Source of the DNA: Felis catus
Lineage: Eukaryota
Assembly (NCBI RefSeq): GCF_018350175.1
Contig: NC_058386.1
Coordinates: 126,480,001 to 126,544,000, forward strand
Reading direction: 5' to 3'
DNA: 64,000 nt
Part shown: positions 10,665 to 22,965 of the stretch, piece by piece
Numbering within the stretch: the stretch's first letter is position 1
Layout of the letters: each line of letters opens with the position of its first letter
Notes under the pieces: generated by a model
Database searches by the model: none
What the model was told of the DNA's origin: nothing
The model's input: only the letters and a program-made list of their open reading frames with translations
Translations under genes and position numbers: made by a program

Positions 10665-11955
10665 CCTGGTAGCCCTCACTGGGCAAGGCACGGGGCGTTG
10701 ACACTTGGCGTCCTCGCCACTTTACTATCGGGGGTCTAACGTTCTGCAGGTCCGGGCCTCGGTGGCTCTTGGCCCACTTCAGTTCCTTCCCTGCGCCCGG
10801 AGGGACGGGCGCTTACGTGTTTGTCACTGCACAACATGAAACTGAGCTACTCTTTTGTGTCCGAGTTTCTTCTCAGTTCCTGCGCCTCCACATTTTCTTA
10901 CCTTTGTTCTGGTGTTGGAAGGGAGGTTCTGGGAATCGTAGTCCAGCAGCCCAAGCTTATCGAAGACGACTCAGGGAGAGGAAAATCAGGTCCTATATTC
11001 AGCGGTAAATACTGCTGACGTTTTGGAATACGTTCCTAGTTGTATTTACCCGTTGAATGGATAGCAACGTATAACGTATCCATTTTCCAGTTTAGCGTTA
11101 ACTTTTCTCCGGATCCTTTTTGTTTCGTTTTGTTTTGTTTTTGTTTTTCCCCGTTGAACGTACTAGCTTTCCCACTCCCTAAAACCCTTCAAAAACTGTT
11201 ATCCAGGAGACACACAAATGTATTATTACATAATGTTGAGCAGTCGGGTCGTTCTCAGCTTTGCCCCTATTATGGGTCGTGTGAGTCAATGGGATTCTTG
11301 AACAGAAGTCTTTGCGCGAACAGTTACTTCCTTCAGATCGTTTCCAAGAGGTAGAATTCCCGCGTTCTATAGCTTCTCGGCACACAAGTGCTCTCCAGAA
11401 AAGGCGCCCCGCCGGCAGAAGTCTGGTCTCCCCGCATCACCAACCAGTAGGGTGGCTTCCTACCGAAGTAGAAGACTCCTTTTGTACCAGGGAAATAAGC
11501 ACGGAAACACTAGAATAGGAATTTTGGGGCTTACTGGCCTTGTTTCCGATGAGCAAGGGGGTGGTGCCACAAGTGGCTACGGGTTTGGGGGCGGGGTGGG
11601 GGGTGGTTAGCTCCCTCTGAGTAGCTTGTGTCTTGGAACCTCGCTAAACAGGAGTGCTAGCCTCACGAGGGTTCCCTCGGAGTTTCTACATGCATGGTCG
11701 TGATCTCTGCAAGCAAACACGGTTTTGGTTCCTTCCTTTCCGGCCTTGCCGGGGCTACGGGGGCGGGGGGAGGGAACAGGCTGACACTGGACAGATGGGA
11801 AGCAAGAGCAGGAAGGCACATGGCAGAGAACCAAATCCTGGATCCAGCCACGCCTGAAGACAGAACTATCCGCCCCCCGCCCCCGCCACAATCGTTCAGT
11901 TACACACATCCAGAAACTCTCCCTTTGGTTAAGCCAACATGAATCCTTTTTTTCT

Positions 11956-11995
<40 letters not shown>

Positions 11996-12019
11996 TCCCT
12001 TTCTCTTTTGTTTGAATGC

Positions 12020-12224
12020 TTTTATTTAGTGTTTGAGAGCAAGACAGAGACAGCGTGAGCGGGGAAGGGGCAGAGAGACAGAGAGGGAGACACAGAATCT
12101 GAGGCAGACTGCAGGCTCTGAGCTGTCGGCACAGAGCTCGACGCAGGGCTCAAACCCACGAACTGTGAGATCGTGACCTGAGCCGAAGTCAGACCCTCAA
12201 CCGACTGAGCCACCCAGGCACCCC
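12020..12224 (-). mobile_element. CanSINE (feliform type); mirror 31436-31640
   Basis: Contains gagatcgtgacctgagccgaagtcagaccctcaaccgactgagccacccaggcacc. Confidence 0.9.
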
Positions 12225-14481
12225 CGTCGTGAATACTTTTTTTTGCTTTTCTTTTTGTCTGTCTTCACTTGTAATAGAAAAGTCTTGTCCTTTATTGACT
12301 CGAGGAACCGTAGGTTTTCTTGTCACTTCACCTGAGAACGTGGCTCTCCCTTCTTTTAACGGAGAAACTGGGCTCTTTAAGTTTACAAAGGCATTGGCTC
12401 CTAGCTGGTAGGCCTTCAAGCCGTATGGTGGTAGAGTCTTCTGTGGGTAAGAGTCCAGAGAGGGAGGGGAGGGACTGCAAGGGGCAGCTGGAGGAAAGGG
12501 ACAAAGAGAAGGGGCACTGGGACCCACCCTTTCCGGATAGGGCTCCCAAGACTGGCCCGGAATTGTGGGGCCAGATCGTCAAGAGACCGGAACTTAGTGT
12601 GAGCCTCCCTCCCTCTCCCAGCAAAGCCCAGAGTTAGGCCACCGCCCTGGCCCCACAGACGGACTGCTGAAGGCGCCGGGCGGCCTTAACACGTCAGTCA
12701 GGTCACAAAACAAGTCGATTCCAACGCGTCCCCGGGCTCCCCTCCCAGAGACGAGCCAGAGCCCTGCCCCGCGGCCCGCCGCGTCAGATGTGATCCGGCC
12801 CGCATCTTCCACGGCCTCCTTCCCTCCCCTCTCCACCTTGCTCACTCTCGGATCCAGCCACACTGGCCTCCTCCCTTCTCTGAAACACACCAGGCCCAGG
12901 CCTGCCTCAGGACCCTTGCACTGCCTCTTCCCTGCCTGGACCTCTCGTCCCCCGGGGTTCCATCTGGCCCACTCAAATAGCATTCCTGGCCGCTCTCCTT
13001 AAGGTTGCGTCCCACGCTCTCCCCACCTGCATTACTTTCACAGGTGTCGGGGGGTAAGAAGCAGGTGGGCCCGTCAGCATGGAGGTGCACGTGCGGCAGT
13101 AAAGCGTCGTGGGACACGAAGGAGCTTGGGTGCTGTCGATGACCCTAGGGAGTCTTGAACGGAGCGGGACGGGATGCAGCTTACGTCTTATCAGGTTCCC
13201 GGTGCCTGCTGCGCTGGGAAGGGGACGAGGGCAGGCAGGACAGAAGTGGGGAGACTGGCACGCAGGCGAGAGACCCCCAGGCTGCGGCCAGTGGAGGTGG
13301 GGAGAAGGGAACGGGTTCCGACCGGATCTTGACGGGAGAGCCACCGGGGTTTGCTGGCACGGATCGGACGTGGCCCTGGACCTCCTCAGATGCGCGGGAC
13401 CCGTGCAACGGGTCACCCTTCCTCCCACAAAGGGAGCCCAGCTCCTCCAGAGTCCAACAGCCTCCCCACCTGCCTCCCTGCTCGCCGACCACCCACCTGC
13501 CACACACTGCCACCGTTTTCCCGACGTTTAATTCAGAAACAAGGTTCCAGGAACAACGACAAAGAAGCTCATGCCAAAACAGAGGGGACAGCTGGGTTTC
13601 CGGGACCACGCGCCGGGGCCAGATTCCTCGGAGGGGGAAGAGGGAACAGAGGGGTAAGGCACTGCCGCCTCGGCCACTCGGGGCGGGCGCAGGACAGGGC
13701 AGCGGGGGTGAGGGGTCCGGGCTGAGCGGGCACCACGCCGAGGAAGCTGGGCGCTCGGGCCTGGAGAAGGAGACTTCCAGAGCCCCCAGGCCCACGTGGG
13801 GCCCTGGCACGAACCCGCTCATAGCTCCCCAGGTGCTGGGGACAGGGCGCCCGAGAAAGGTACGGTCCGACCCCCGAGAAGTCCGGAGGGGATGCCGGGA
13901 CCCAGCCGCGGGGAGACCCCTGGGCGCAGCCACAGTCTGGGGACGGCTTCGCCGCATCACCCTGGGCGCCCCCCTCCTCGCCATCAAGTGCTGCTGGTGT
14001 CGGGGGCCCCTGCTCGGACCCGGCGGGGCCGGCCACGGCCAGGGGCAGGTGCCAGAGGCGAGGCCGAGGCTGACCGTGCCACCAGGGAGCCAGGACGACC
14101 CAAGGACAGAAGGGGCGTGAGGTTGTCCACATCCCAGAGAAGGGGCACGTGGTGACAGACGGACACGGTGAGGTGCAGATAAATTAAATAAATAGGTGGT
14201 TGGGGGTATAAACAGGAAGAGGGGGCAGGGGCTGGCACGACCCGGGGGCACGAGGGTGGGAGGGCGGGGATATTGCTGCTGCCAGGTCAGGACCCTTGGT
14301 CCCGTCACCATCGCCCCCACGCAGGGCCCAAAGAAAGGCACTAATGAAGGGGGCCCGGGTGTGCGCAGGGCACGAGAGTCCGGTGACCACCCCATCCCCG
14401 CCCCCGTGCCACCCGATCCAGGGCTCGGCCCCGAGGTCATCTCAGGCCTGGGACGCCCCCTCCTCACCGGTTCCGCCACCC

Positions 14482-14577
14482 TTAGCTGTTGCCGGACAAG
14501 AGGCTGATGGTCTGTTCCAGGTTTTGCCCCAACTTAGGCTTCCGACAGGAGGCGTCTCGGTCCAGAGCGGTGAGGAC
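14482..14577 (-). pseudogene. PLXNA3: PLXNA3 terminal coding exon, orphan duplicate (3'UTR-derived sequence continues to lower coordinates)
   Basis: Preceded by a pyrimidine-rich acceptor. VLTALDRDASCRKPKLGQNLEQTISLLSGNS* vs recalled human PLXNA3 C-terminus ILTALDRDASCRKHKLRQKLEQIISLVSSDS* (23/31 identical). No upstream PLXNA3 exon recognised. Confidence 0.85.
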
Positions 14578-14869
14578 CTGGGGGAGGAGGGCCCCCCCGG
14601 AGCCGGGCTGGCGAGGAGGGGCCGCTCCCTCCCTTGCCAAGCCGTCCTCCCCTGCCTGAGCTCTTTTGTCCCTCCTGCGTCCACGCACCCCGCTCTCTGC
14701 GGGTCCCCGGCACGTGGGAAGGGCTGCAGCCCCCCACCTCTGCACACGCTGCGACTTGGCCACCCCGAAGCCACCGCCTTCTCTGCTCGGCGGCCACAGT
14801 GCGGCCCTTCCCGGGAGTGGTTTGGACCCGCTGTCCCCAAACGCCCCGTCCCCTCCTGGCCCACACCCC

Positions 14870-16330
14870 ATCTCCCCATCCCCTCCTGAACCCCAAACCC
14901 GCACATGATCTCCCCGTCCCCTACTGACCCGGAATCTGGACCCAACCTCCAGGTCCCCCCCTGACCCCACCCCACACCCAATGTCGCTATCCCCTCCGGA
15001 CCCCATCTGCACCCCGCACCCGATCACCTTGTCCCATCCTGACCCCCACCCGACACCCAAATTTCCCAGCCCCTCCTGACCCCACCTTGCACCCAACATC
15101 CACGTACCCTGCTGACCCCCACCCCGCACCCCAAATCCCCATCCACTCCCGATCCGGAATCGGCACCCAACCTCCAGATCCCACCTGACCCCCACCCTCC
15201 ACCCAATCTCGCCATCCCCTCCTGACTCCCACTGACACCCCGCACCCGATCACCTGGTCCCTTCCTTAACCCCACCCGACACCCGAATTTCCCGGTCCGT
15301 CCTGACCCCACCCCGCACCCAAGCCCCATCCCCTCCTGAACCCCAACCCCACACCTGATCTCCCCATCTGCTACTGACCTGGAATCTGCACCCAACCTCT
15401 GCGTCCCCTCCTGACCCCCACTCCTGCCAAGCACCCGATCACTTCGTTCTCTCTTGTCCCCCACCGCCACCCTGCACCTGATTTCCCCGTCCCCTCCTGA
15501 CTCTTACCCTGAACCCGATCTCCCTCTCACCCCCTGACCCCCCCGCCACACCCCACCTCCCCATCCAATCCTGATCCCCACCCCTACCTGGCACCCGATC
15601 TCCATGACTCCTCACACCCACCCCTCCACTCACCTTGCTGGACACTCGTGATTCCCACTCCACACCTGATATTCCTGTGTCCTCCTGACCCCCACCCTAC
15701 CCCCCATCCAACCTCCGCCATCCTCTTGACCCCCACTGCCCACTCAACCTCCACGCCCCACCTGGCCCCCACCCCACACCCCAAATCCCCATCCACTCCC
15801 GATCCGGAATCTGCACCCAACCTCCAGTTCCCACCTGACCCCCACTCTGCACCCAACCTCCCATCCCCTCCTGACCCTCATCCCATACCCGACCTCCCTG
15901 TCCCGTCCTGACCCCTACTCCTCCCCTGACCTCCTCATCCACTCCTGACCCCCAACCCTACCGAGCACCCGATCTCCCTGACTCCTCCTGACCCCCACCC
16001 CCCACCCAACTTCCCGGTCCCTTCCCGACTGCCACCCCGCACCTGACATTCCTGTGTCCTCCTGACACACACCCCCACCCCGCACCCGAGTTCCTTATCC
16101 CCTCCAGACCTCCAGCCCGCACCCCTTGCCAAACCTTCCCGTCTCCTCCTGACCCCCACCCTGCACCCCGTACCCCATCTCCTCATCGCCTCCTGACTCC
16201 ACCTCGCACCTGGTCTCCCCGTCCCCTCCGGAACCACACCTCACATCCCATCTCCCTGCCCCCTCCCAACTCCCACCCTGCGCCTGACTTCCTCGACCCC
16301 TCCTGACCCTCACCCCACACCCGACCCTGT
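14870..16330. repeat. C-rich (G-rich on minus) degenerate minisatellite
   Basis: Dozens of variant units built on CCTCCTGACCCCCACCCCGCACCC(GATC/AA) and CCGGAATCTGCACCCAACCTCCAG modules. Confidence 0.92.
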
Positions 16331-17027
16331 CTTTGCAGGTCTCCAGGATCTCGCTGTCAAACACAGTGAGCAATCTAGGGCCTCATCGCTCTTGACCATC
16401 AGCAGCACCCCAGGGAGAGGATCATTCTCTCTTCCCTCCTGACCACCTCCTTCCTGCCCCCAGCGTGTGTGTGTGTGTGGGTGTGTGTGTGTGTGTGGGT
16501 GTGTGTGTGGGTGGGTAGGTGTGTGTGCGGGCGCACACGTCTGACTCCTGTTCCAGGAGGCCACCCTGCAGTCTTGGGGTCCCTCCCTCCCCTCCTCAGT
16601 CTCTGCCGCCGGCTCCCTCTCTGCTCTGCCACCTCGGAGTGTCCCAGGACCCCAGGGCTCGGTGCGTGGGCCACTTGTCCCCCTATACCGGCTCTCAGCT
16701 GCCCGTGGCGAGCTCGTGCAGGCTCGGGGCTCTCTGGGCCGTGTCCTGGGTCCCAGATTTGTATCTTCATCGCAGACATTGCCCACACTGCAGACTCCTG
16801 TATCCAGCTGCCAAGTAGACATCTCTATTCACATTTGAGTAAGATAACTCAAATTTAACACGCAAAAAATGATGTCCACTCTTGCACTCTTGTTATGTTT
16901 AACCATAACAATAATAGCACTGAGTGAAATAGCCTAAGAGAAGCTACAGAAACCTGTAAAGAAGACTTAAATATGCATTGGTCCACTGTTGTTAATAAAT
17001 ACTTGTTTTTTTTTAAACTTGTTTAGA

Positions 17028-19718
17028 ATATCAAAGTTTTGTTATAATTGGAAAATACCTTTCCTTGCCATTTCTTCATTTTATCTGTGCTCCTGGTCTT
17101 TTGGTATAGAGTGGCTTAAAATTTTTTTGTTTATGTGATCCATTGTTTCAGTATAATTTGCGGTTTGCATTTCCTATGAAAGGCCCTCCTCAGTATAAAA
17201 TTACAAAAATATTCACTGAGAACATCTTCTAGTACTTTAAAACTTTAACATCCTGGGAGGTAATTTTCGTGAGAAAGAACATTGGTATGTAAGTTTGTTT
17301 TCTTTCCAAAAGGTTTTAGTCAAGGTGTCCCAAACCACTTAGCGAATAATCTGTATTTCTCCCTTGAGGTGAAATGTCATCTTCAGCAAATTCTAAACCC
17401 CCCTTCAGTTTAATCTTGCACTTTTGTTGTTCCAGCTAATTTAGGTTGGGTGGTACAGGATGGCCTGTCTAGGGCAATGATCTGAAGGACATGGTCTGGA
17501 ACATTGGGAGTGAAGGGAGGAAAGAGAGAGGAGGGGAGAGGAAAAGGAGGAGGAGGAGGAGGAGGAGGAGGAGGGGGAGAGTGAGTAGAAGAGAAGGGAG
17601 GGAGGAAGAGAGGAAAAAGGACAGAGGAGACATAGAGAAACTCTCCCAAGCAGAGGAAATTGGTTTCTTCTGGAATGCCAGGAGGCAAGCTCACAGAAGT
17701 GTCAGTCAGCCGGGTGACATTTCAGAGGGATTTGTGGTTCTCCAAGTCTGCCCAACAATGTCAGATATCCTCGCGACAACTGCGAGGAAGCCACTCTTTG
17801 GTGCTCTTGCATTAAGGACAGAGACGCGGGGAGGTTGGAGACCCAGCTACCATTGCAATGGCAATGTAACAACAACTCTCAGGACCTTTTCTGAGGTGGG
17901 TTTTCTTGACGTCTCCACACTTTGGCTGCCTGCGCTAAGGGACCCCACCAGCAAGGTCAGAGAGAGGCCGGAAGGTTCCTTCTGGGTCTGGACGCAATCA
18001 TGTCAAGATTGGAGTAGTGGTTCCCAGGCTCTGGGTTACCCGAGACCATCAGACGTGACCGTGTACCACGTGGTCACCTTTAAAAATGGTTTCCCGGCAG
18101 CGTGTGCCCAAACTCTACCTAGAGTTTGCCTTCGGAGAACACATGGTCCAGCTTGCGCACTGGTGACAGTTGGGTTCTCTGCTTCCCTGTCCTGCGATGT
18201 GAATGGGAGTCTGTTGGCCTCCCCCAGCTTCACCCAGTAAGTCATTGCGGATCACCCAAATCACCCCGCATTTCCTGAGTCTGTTGCTTGAAACCCACTG
18301 ACCGTTCTCATCTGTATGAGTTGGAGTACTTTGGTTCTAAGAGACAAAACGCAGCTCTAAGTGGGAAGGGAAGTGCTGATTGGTGAGATGCCCACGTATA
18401 CACAGAGGGTCCTGCTGGAGTGTGCAGCACACCACTGATCAGCACAAGTGTGTGAGCAAACCATGTGAAGCCAGAGAAAGAGCCATCTTAAAGGAGGAAA
18501 GGTAATTGTGCCGACCCCTCAAGCAGGACAGAGACTGGTGGCTATCCCCACCGGCAGGGAGGACAGACCGCGTAATTCTGGAGGCCTTGGGCAGGGCACT
18601 CAGAAGGGTCTTGCCTCAGTAGTGTAGCGGGAAAAACGAATCCTCCACTGAGCTGTTCTGGTCCCACGCAGCAAATCTTCAAAGCCAAGACTCAAAAGGA
18701 TCAATCTTTTCCCACTCACTTACCAGCATCCCTGAGCAAAGCTCATGACTATGTTTAGGAATACAAAGACATCCAAGGACACCTGGGTGGCTCAGTTGGT
18801 TGAGCGTCTGACTCTCGATTTTGGCTCAGGTCATGGCTCCAGGGTCATGGGTTCGAGCCCGGAGTCGGGTTCTGTGCTGAGCGTGGAGCCTGCTCAAGAT
18901 TCTCTCTCTCACCCTCTGCCCCTCTCCCCCGCTCTCTCTGTCTCCAAAATAAAAAGAGAAAATTCTAACCTTTAAAACAGGAATACAAAGCCATCCAGAA
19001 CCCAAGGAAAAATCACACTGTCTGGCATCCAGCCCAACATTACCAGGTATGCAGAGAAGCAGGAGGATCCAACCCGTGATGAGAAGACAAATCAAGCAAT
19101 AACAGGCATCCAGATTGGCAAGAAAGAAGAAAACCCCCCCTCATTCTCAGACATGATTACGTATATAGAAAATCTAGTGGCGTCTACAAAAGAGCTGTCA
19201 AACTAATCAGGGACCTTAGCAAGTTTTCAGGATTCAGCATATTTTAGAGAGAGCTGCTTTAAGAACATGTACACATTAAAAATAAGAGGCTTAGGGGCAC
19301 CTGGCTGGCTCAGTCCATAGAACATGTGACTTTTGATCTCGGGGTCATGAGTTAGAGCCCCACATTGGCCATACAGCTTATTAAAAAAGAATAAAGTAAA
19401 AGGCTTCATTCTCCCTGTTGAAAATATGGGAAGAGATGGTCCCCTCCCCTTCCTTAAAGCATTTACTTTACACGACTTGTAAGTTCTTTCTTTGTTTCTT
19501 TGAAAACAGGTAGTATTTTTAAAGGGTAGAGGCACCTGGGTGGCTCAGTGCTTGAGTATCCGACTTGAGCTCAGGTCATGATCTCATGGCTCATGACTTT
19601 GAGCCCTGCATCGGGCTCCGTGCTGTCAGCAGAAAGCACTCTTCAGATCCTATGTCTCCCTTTCTCTCTGCCCCCCCCACTCCTTCTCTGAATAAATAAA
19701 TAAATAAATGAATAAATA

Positions 19719-19763
<45 letters not shown>

Positions 19764-20592
19764 TTAAGGAACAAAAGGCTAAAAGAGCCCCTTGCCATCT
19801 TTATAGCCCAGGAATGTGTTCTTCAAGGACCTGGGAAACATCTCTTTGGAATGTAAACATCAAGCAAGATTGTGTCCCGATCTTCAGTTTCTGTGGGAGG
19901 GTAGAAGCCTAACTTCAGTAGGCACCTTGCTCCAAGTTGCAAAACTAGCTCCTGTCATAAAGATATGAAAAAGCTTATTTTTTCCTTGGATAAAGCCGAT
20001 TAATTGTATTAGTCTGCTCAAGCTGCTATAGCAAAGTACCTCACACTGGGTGGCTTACACAGCAGAAATTTATTTTCTCACAGTTCTGGATGCTAGAAGT
20101 CCATGATCAAGGTGCCAGCAAATTCAGCTTCTGGTGAGAATTTGCTTCCTTGCTTGTAGAGGTCCACCTTCTCCTCTGTCCTCACATGGCCTCTCCTCAG
20201 TGCAGGTGAGGAGAGAGCGGGGGAGTAGGGGCGGGGAGGGAGGGAGAGGAAGAGGGGGGGTGCTCTCTGGTGTCTCTCTTATAAGGACACCACTCTTATT
20301 GGACCAGAGCCCCATTCTTATGACCTCATTTAAACTTACTTCCTCAAAGGTCCCATCTCCGAATACAGCCACACTGGGGTTTAGGGCTTCAGCATATTAA
20401 TGTGGGGGAGGGAACACAAACGCACCGTCTGAAACAGCCACGACCTAATACACACGGCCACCCCAGTTCCCAGGGAAATTCAGGATGGACTATGTGCGGG
20501 GCCTGGTGGCGTCACGTCCTCTTACTTGAGGTCTACTTATGGTGGATGTTGAGAACACGTGATGAGCTCTACCCGCTTACCTATACAAAAGG
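17028..20592. repeat. Inverted repeat 1, right arm
   Basis: Reverse complement of 1-3549. Differences seen are mainly microsatellite and homopolymer lengths. Confidence 0.97.
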
Positions 20593-20949
20593 GTGAAAGC
20601 TCCCTGTCTTTGGAATCTCTTAGCAGATTGCCTGTGGTGCGCATCACATTCTGGTGCAATGCCTACTCAATGAGAAAACTGTTTTGCTTCCACAATTGTG
20701 GAGACTTTTTCTGGGTTGGCAGATGATTTGGCTCTATTTTTTTCTCAGCTAGGAAAAATGCCTGAGAAGAGCCCTCTTCATAGTCGAGGGAAGAGGGCAG
20801 GGGGAAGAGGGAAACAGGTACCCCCATTGTGCCCTCCATTTCAAAGAGGGCCAAATGAAGATTTCAAGGTACAAAAGGACCTGGGAGCATAGAGAAGCCA
20901 CTGCAAAGCCAGGATTGGGATTCTTATCAACCTTATGTTCTCCTCAATT

Positions 20950-21185
20950 CTTTCTAATTTTTTTTAAATGTTTATTTATTTTTGAGAGAGAGAGACAGAG
21001 AGACAGAGAGACAGAGCGTGAGCAGGGGAGGGGCAGAGAGGCAGAGGGAGACATAGAATCTGAAGCAGGCTCCAGCCTCTGAGCTGTCAGCACAGAGCCC
21101 GACAAGGCGCTGGAACTCACTAACTGTGAGATCGTGACCTGAGCCAAAGTCAGCCGCTTAACAGACTGAGTCACCCAGGCGCCCC
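20950..21185 (-). mobile_element. CanSINE (feliform type)
   Basis: Contains gagatcgtgacctgagccaaagtcagccgcttaacagactgagtcacccaggcgcccc. Confidence 0.9.
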
Positions 21186-21549
21186 ATGTTCTCCTCAATT
21201 CTTACCTACTTTGCCTGCATTTGCCCATTTCTGCATTTTTCATTAGTCACATGGATGTTCCCTGGAGCCGTAAGAAGGAAAAACACTCTCCCAGTCTCCT
21301 GGTGGCTCCACTCAACCGTGCTGAGGTTGGAGGGATAGTGTGGCTAAGACAGTAGGTGCTTGAATCAAACAGACCCGGCCTCTGTCAGCCTCCATTCTTC
21401 ACCTAGAACCGGTGTAGAGACGACAGTACCCAGCTCACCAGGCTGTCCTGAGAATTACACATGGCGATGTGGGTCGGGAGCATAGCATAGCGCCTGCACA
21501 CAGAAGATTTTGATTTCATTCTATTTTCCCAGCGTGGTCACCACAATCA

Positions 21550-22195
21550 CAGCAGGCACCAGTGGCAGAATTCTGGCTACCAGAGTGGTTCGCCTAATTG
21601 GCAAGTGAGGAATTTCCACCTCAGTGTTGGAGCACGTGGAAGCGTCATGAAGAGTGAAAACTACGCTCTCTCGAGTTATGTCGAATGGCGTGACTATCCC
21701 CTGCCTGCTGTGGCCCACATCGACAACGTCCGCCAGCCAGAAGGCCTTGAAAGAGAAGAGGCCTTCCTGCAGCATCCTCTCCACTGATGAAAAAGCTGAA
21801 TCGTGCCACATTCAGCTCAACGAGAGCTTGGCTGAAACGAACAGGAGCACAAACAAGCAGAAGATGGTTGTAGGCACCACCATGTTCTCCATCAGCCACT
21901 GCTCTCGTTCTGATCTGGGAGAAGCACTGCGTGTACGGCCCCATCCCGCAACCTCTGAAGAGGAGTGGGTGGCCAAGCAGACCGAGAGGAGGCTCGACTT
22001 GGAAGGCCAGCCCAATCCACGGCTTCTCAGTCAAGCGGGACTACGACAAAAACGAGTGGAAGAAACAGTAGCCCGCCACCCGGCCATCTGAGCCTCGCCT
22101 TGTCCTGCAACCTCCACGCAGCTCGGTGTACTTGCTGGGAACTGTTGTGTCGCAGCACCGATGCTAACAGGTGAGCAGTTTACGTGACAAAAAAT
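21550..22195 (+). pseudogene. COX4I1: COX4I1 processed pseudogene
   Basis: Intronless and frameshifted. Fragments [58 protein letters not shown] and DYDKNEWKK match COX4I1. The start ATG is replaced by ATT at 21570. A 3'UTR remnant ends in a short A tract at ~22190. Confidence 0.92.
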
Positions 22196-22354
22196 ATTTC
22201 CCCCAAACTATGCTACACTGCCTCTCTCTCTGCCTCACTCACCCCGACCGACCAATTGTCCCAGCACTTGTCTTCTCTGATTTGAAACAGGCCAGGAAAG
22301 CACAACGTTCTTATTCTAGTGTTTCTAAGTTCTTTGCTCATGCAAATTGAGGTT

Positions 22355-22965
22355 TTTTTTTAATATATGAAATTTATTGTCAAATTGGTTTCCGTGCAAC
22401 ACCCAGTGCTCATCTCAAAAGATGCCCTCTTCGATACCCATCACCTACCCTCCCCTCCCTCCCACCCCCATCAACCCTCAGTTTGTTCTCAGTTTTGAAG
22501 AGTCTCTTATGCTTTGGCTCTCTCCCACCCTAACCTCTTTTTTTTTTCCTTCCCCTCCCCCATGGGTTTCTGTTAAGTTTCTCAGGATCCACCTAAGAGT
22601 GAAAACATACGGTATCTGTCTTCCTCTGTATGCCTTATTTCACTTAGCATCACACTCTCCAGTTCCATCCACGTTGCTACAAAGGGTCATATTTCATTCT
22701 TTCTCATTGCCACGTAGTACTCCATTGTGTATACAAACCACAATTTCTTTATCCATTCATCAGTTGATGGACATCTAGGCTCTTTCCATAATTTGGCTAT
22801 CGTTGAGAGTGCTGCCATAAACATTGGGGTACAAGGGCCCCTATGCATCAGTACTCCCCTATCCCTTGGGTAAATTCTTAGCAGTGCTACTGCTGGGTCA
22901 TAGGGTAGGTCTATTTTTAATTTTCTGAGGAACCTCCACACTGTTTTCCAGAGTGGCTGCACCCA
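22355..22965 (-). mobile_element. Carnivore L1 3' end
   Basis: Starts aatatatgaaatttattgtcaaattgg (reverse complement of the L1 3'UTR). The ORF2 C-terminal peptide KKLKIDLPYDPAVALL..YP...TPMF.AALSTIAKLWKEPRCPSTDEWIKK is read on the minus strand. Confidence 0.92.

Larger units (their letters stand above)
4071..14960. repeat. Inverted repeat 2 (palindrome), left arm, ~11 kb; homology continues into the minisatellite
   Basis: 4071 (tcataggtga) pairs with 39558. Mirrored identical ORFs include 5025..5312/38327..38614, 6472..7080/36560..37168 and 13181..14479/29181..30479. Confidence 0.98.

Noticed and set aside
13155-14479. Long ORFs of 321 aa (+) and 432 aa (-), mirrored at 29181-30505, with AATAAA at 14187
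   Set aside because: They are low-complexity GC-rich translations overlapping in several frames with no recognisable domain. The region is better explained as PLXNA3 3'UTR-derived DNA, and the AATAAA is the complement of an AU-rich element.
14482-16373. Gly/Val/Trp-rich ORFs over the minisatellite
   Set aside because: They are artefacts of a stop-poor tandem repeat.
16310-16822. 170-aa minus-strand ORF and an exon-like segment at 16340-16420 beside the minisatellite
   Set aside because: It runs through a (GT)n repeat, does not match the PLXNA3 penultimate exon or any protein I recognise, and has no consistent splice partner.
17491-18240. 249-aa ORF with a basic N-terminus and the mirror ORFs at 2424-3105
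   Set aside because: The N-terminus comes from a purine microsatellite, the frames differ between the two arms, and no homologue was recognised. It could be an unrecognised retro-fragment but cannot be supported.
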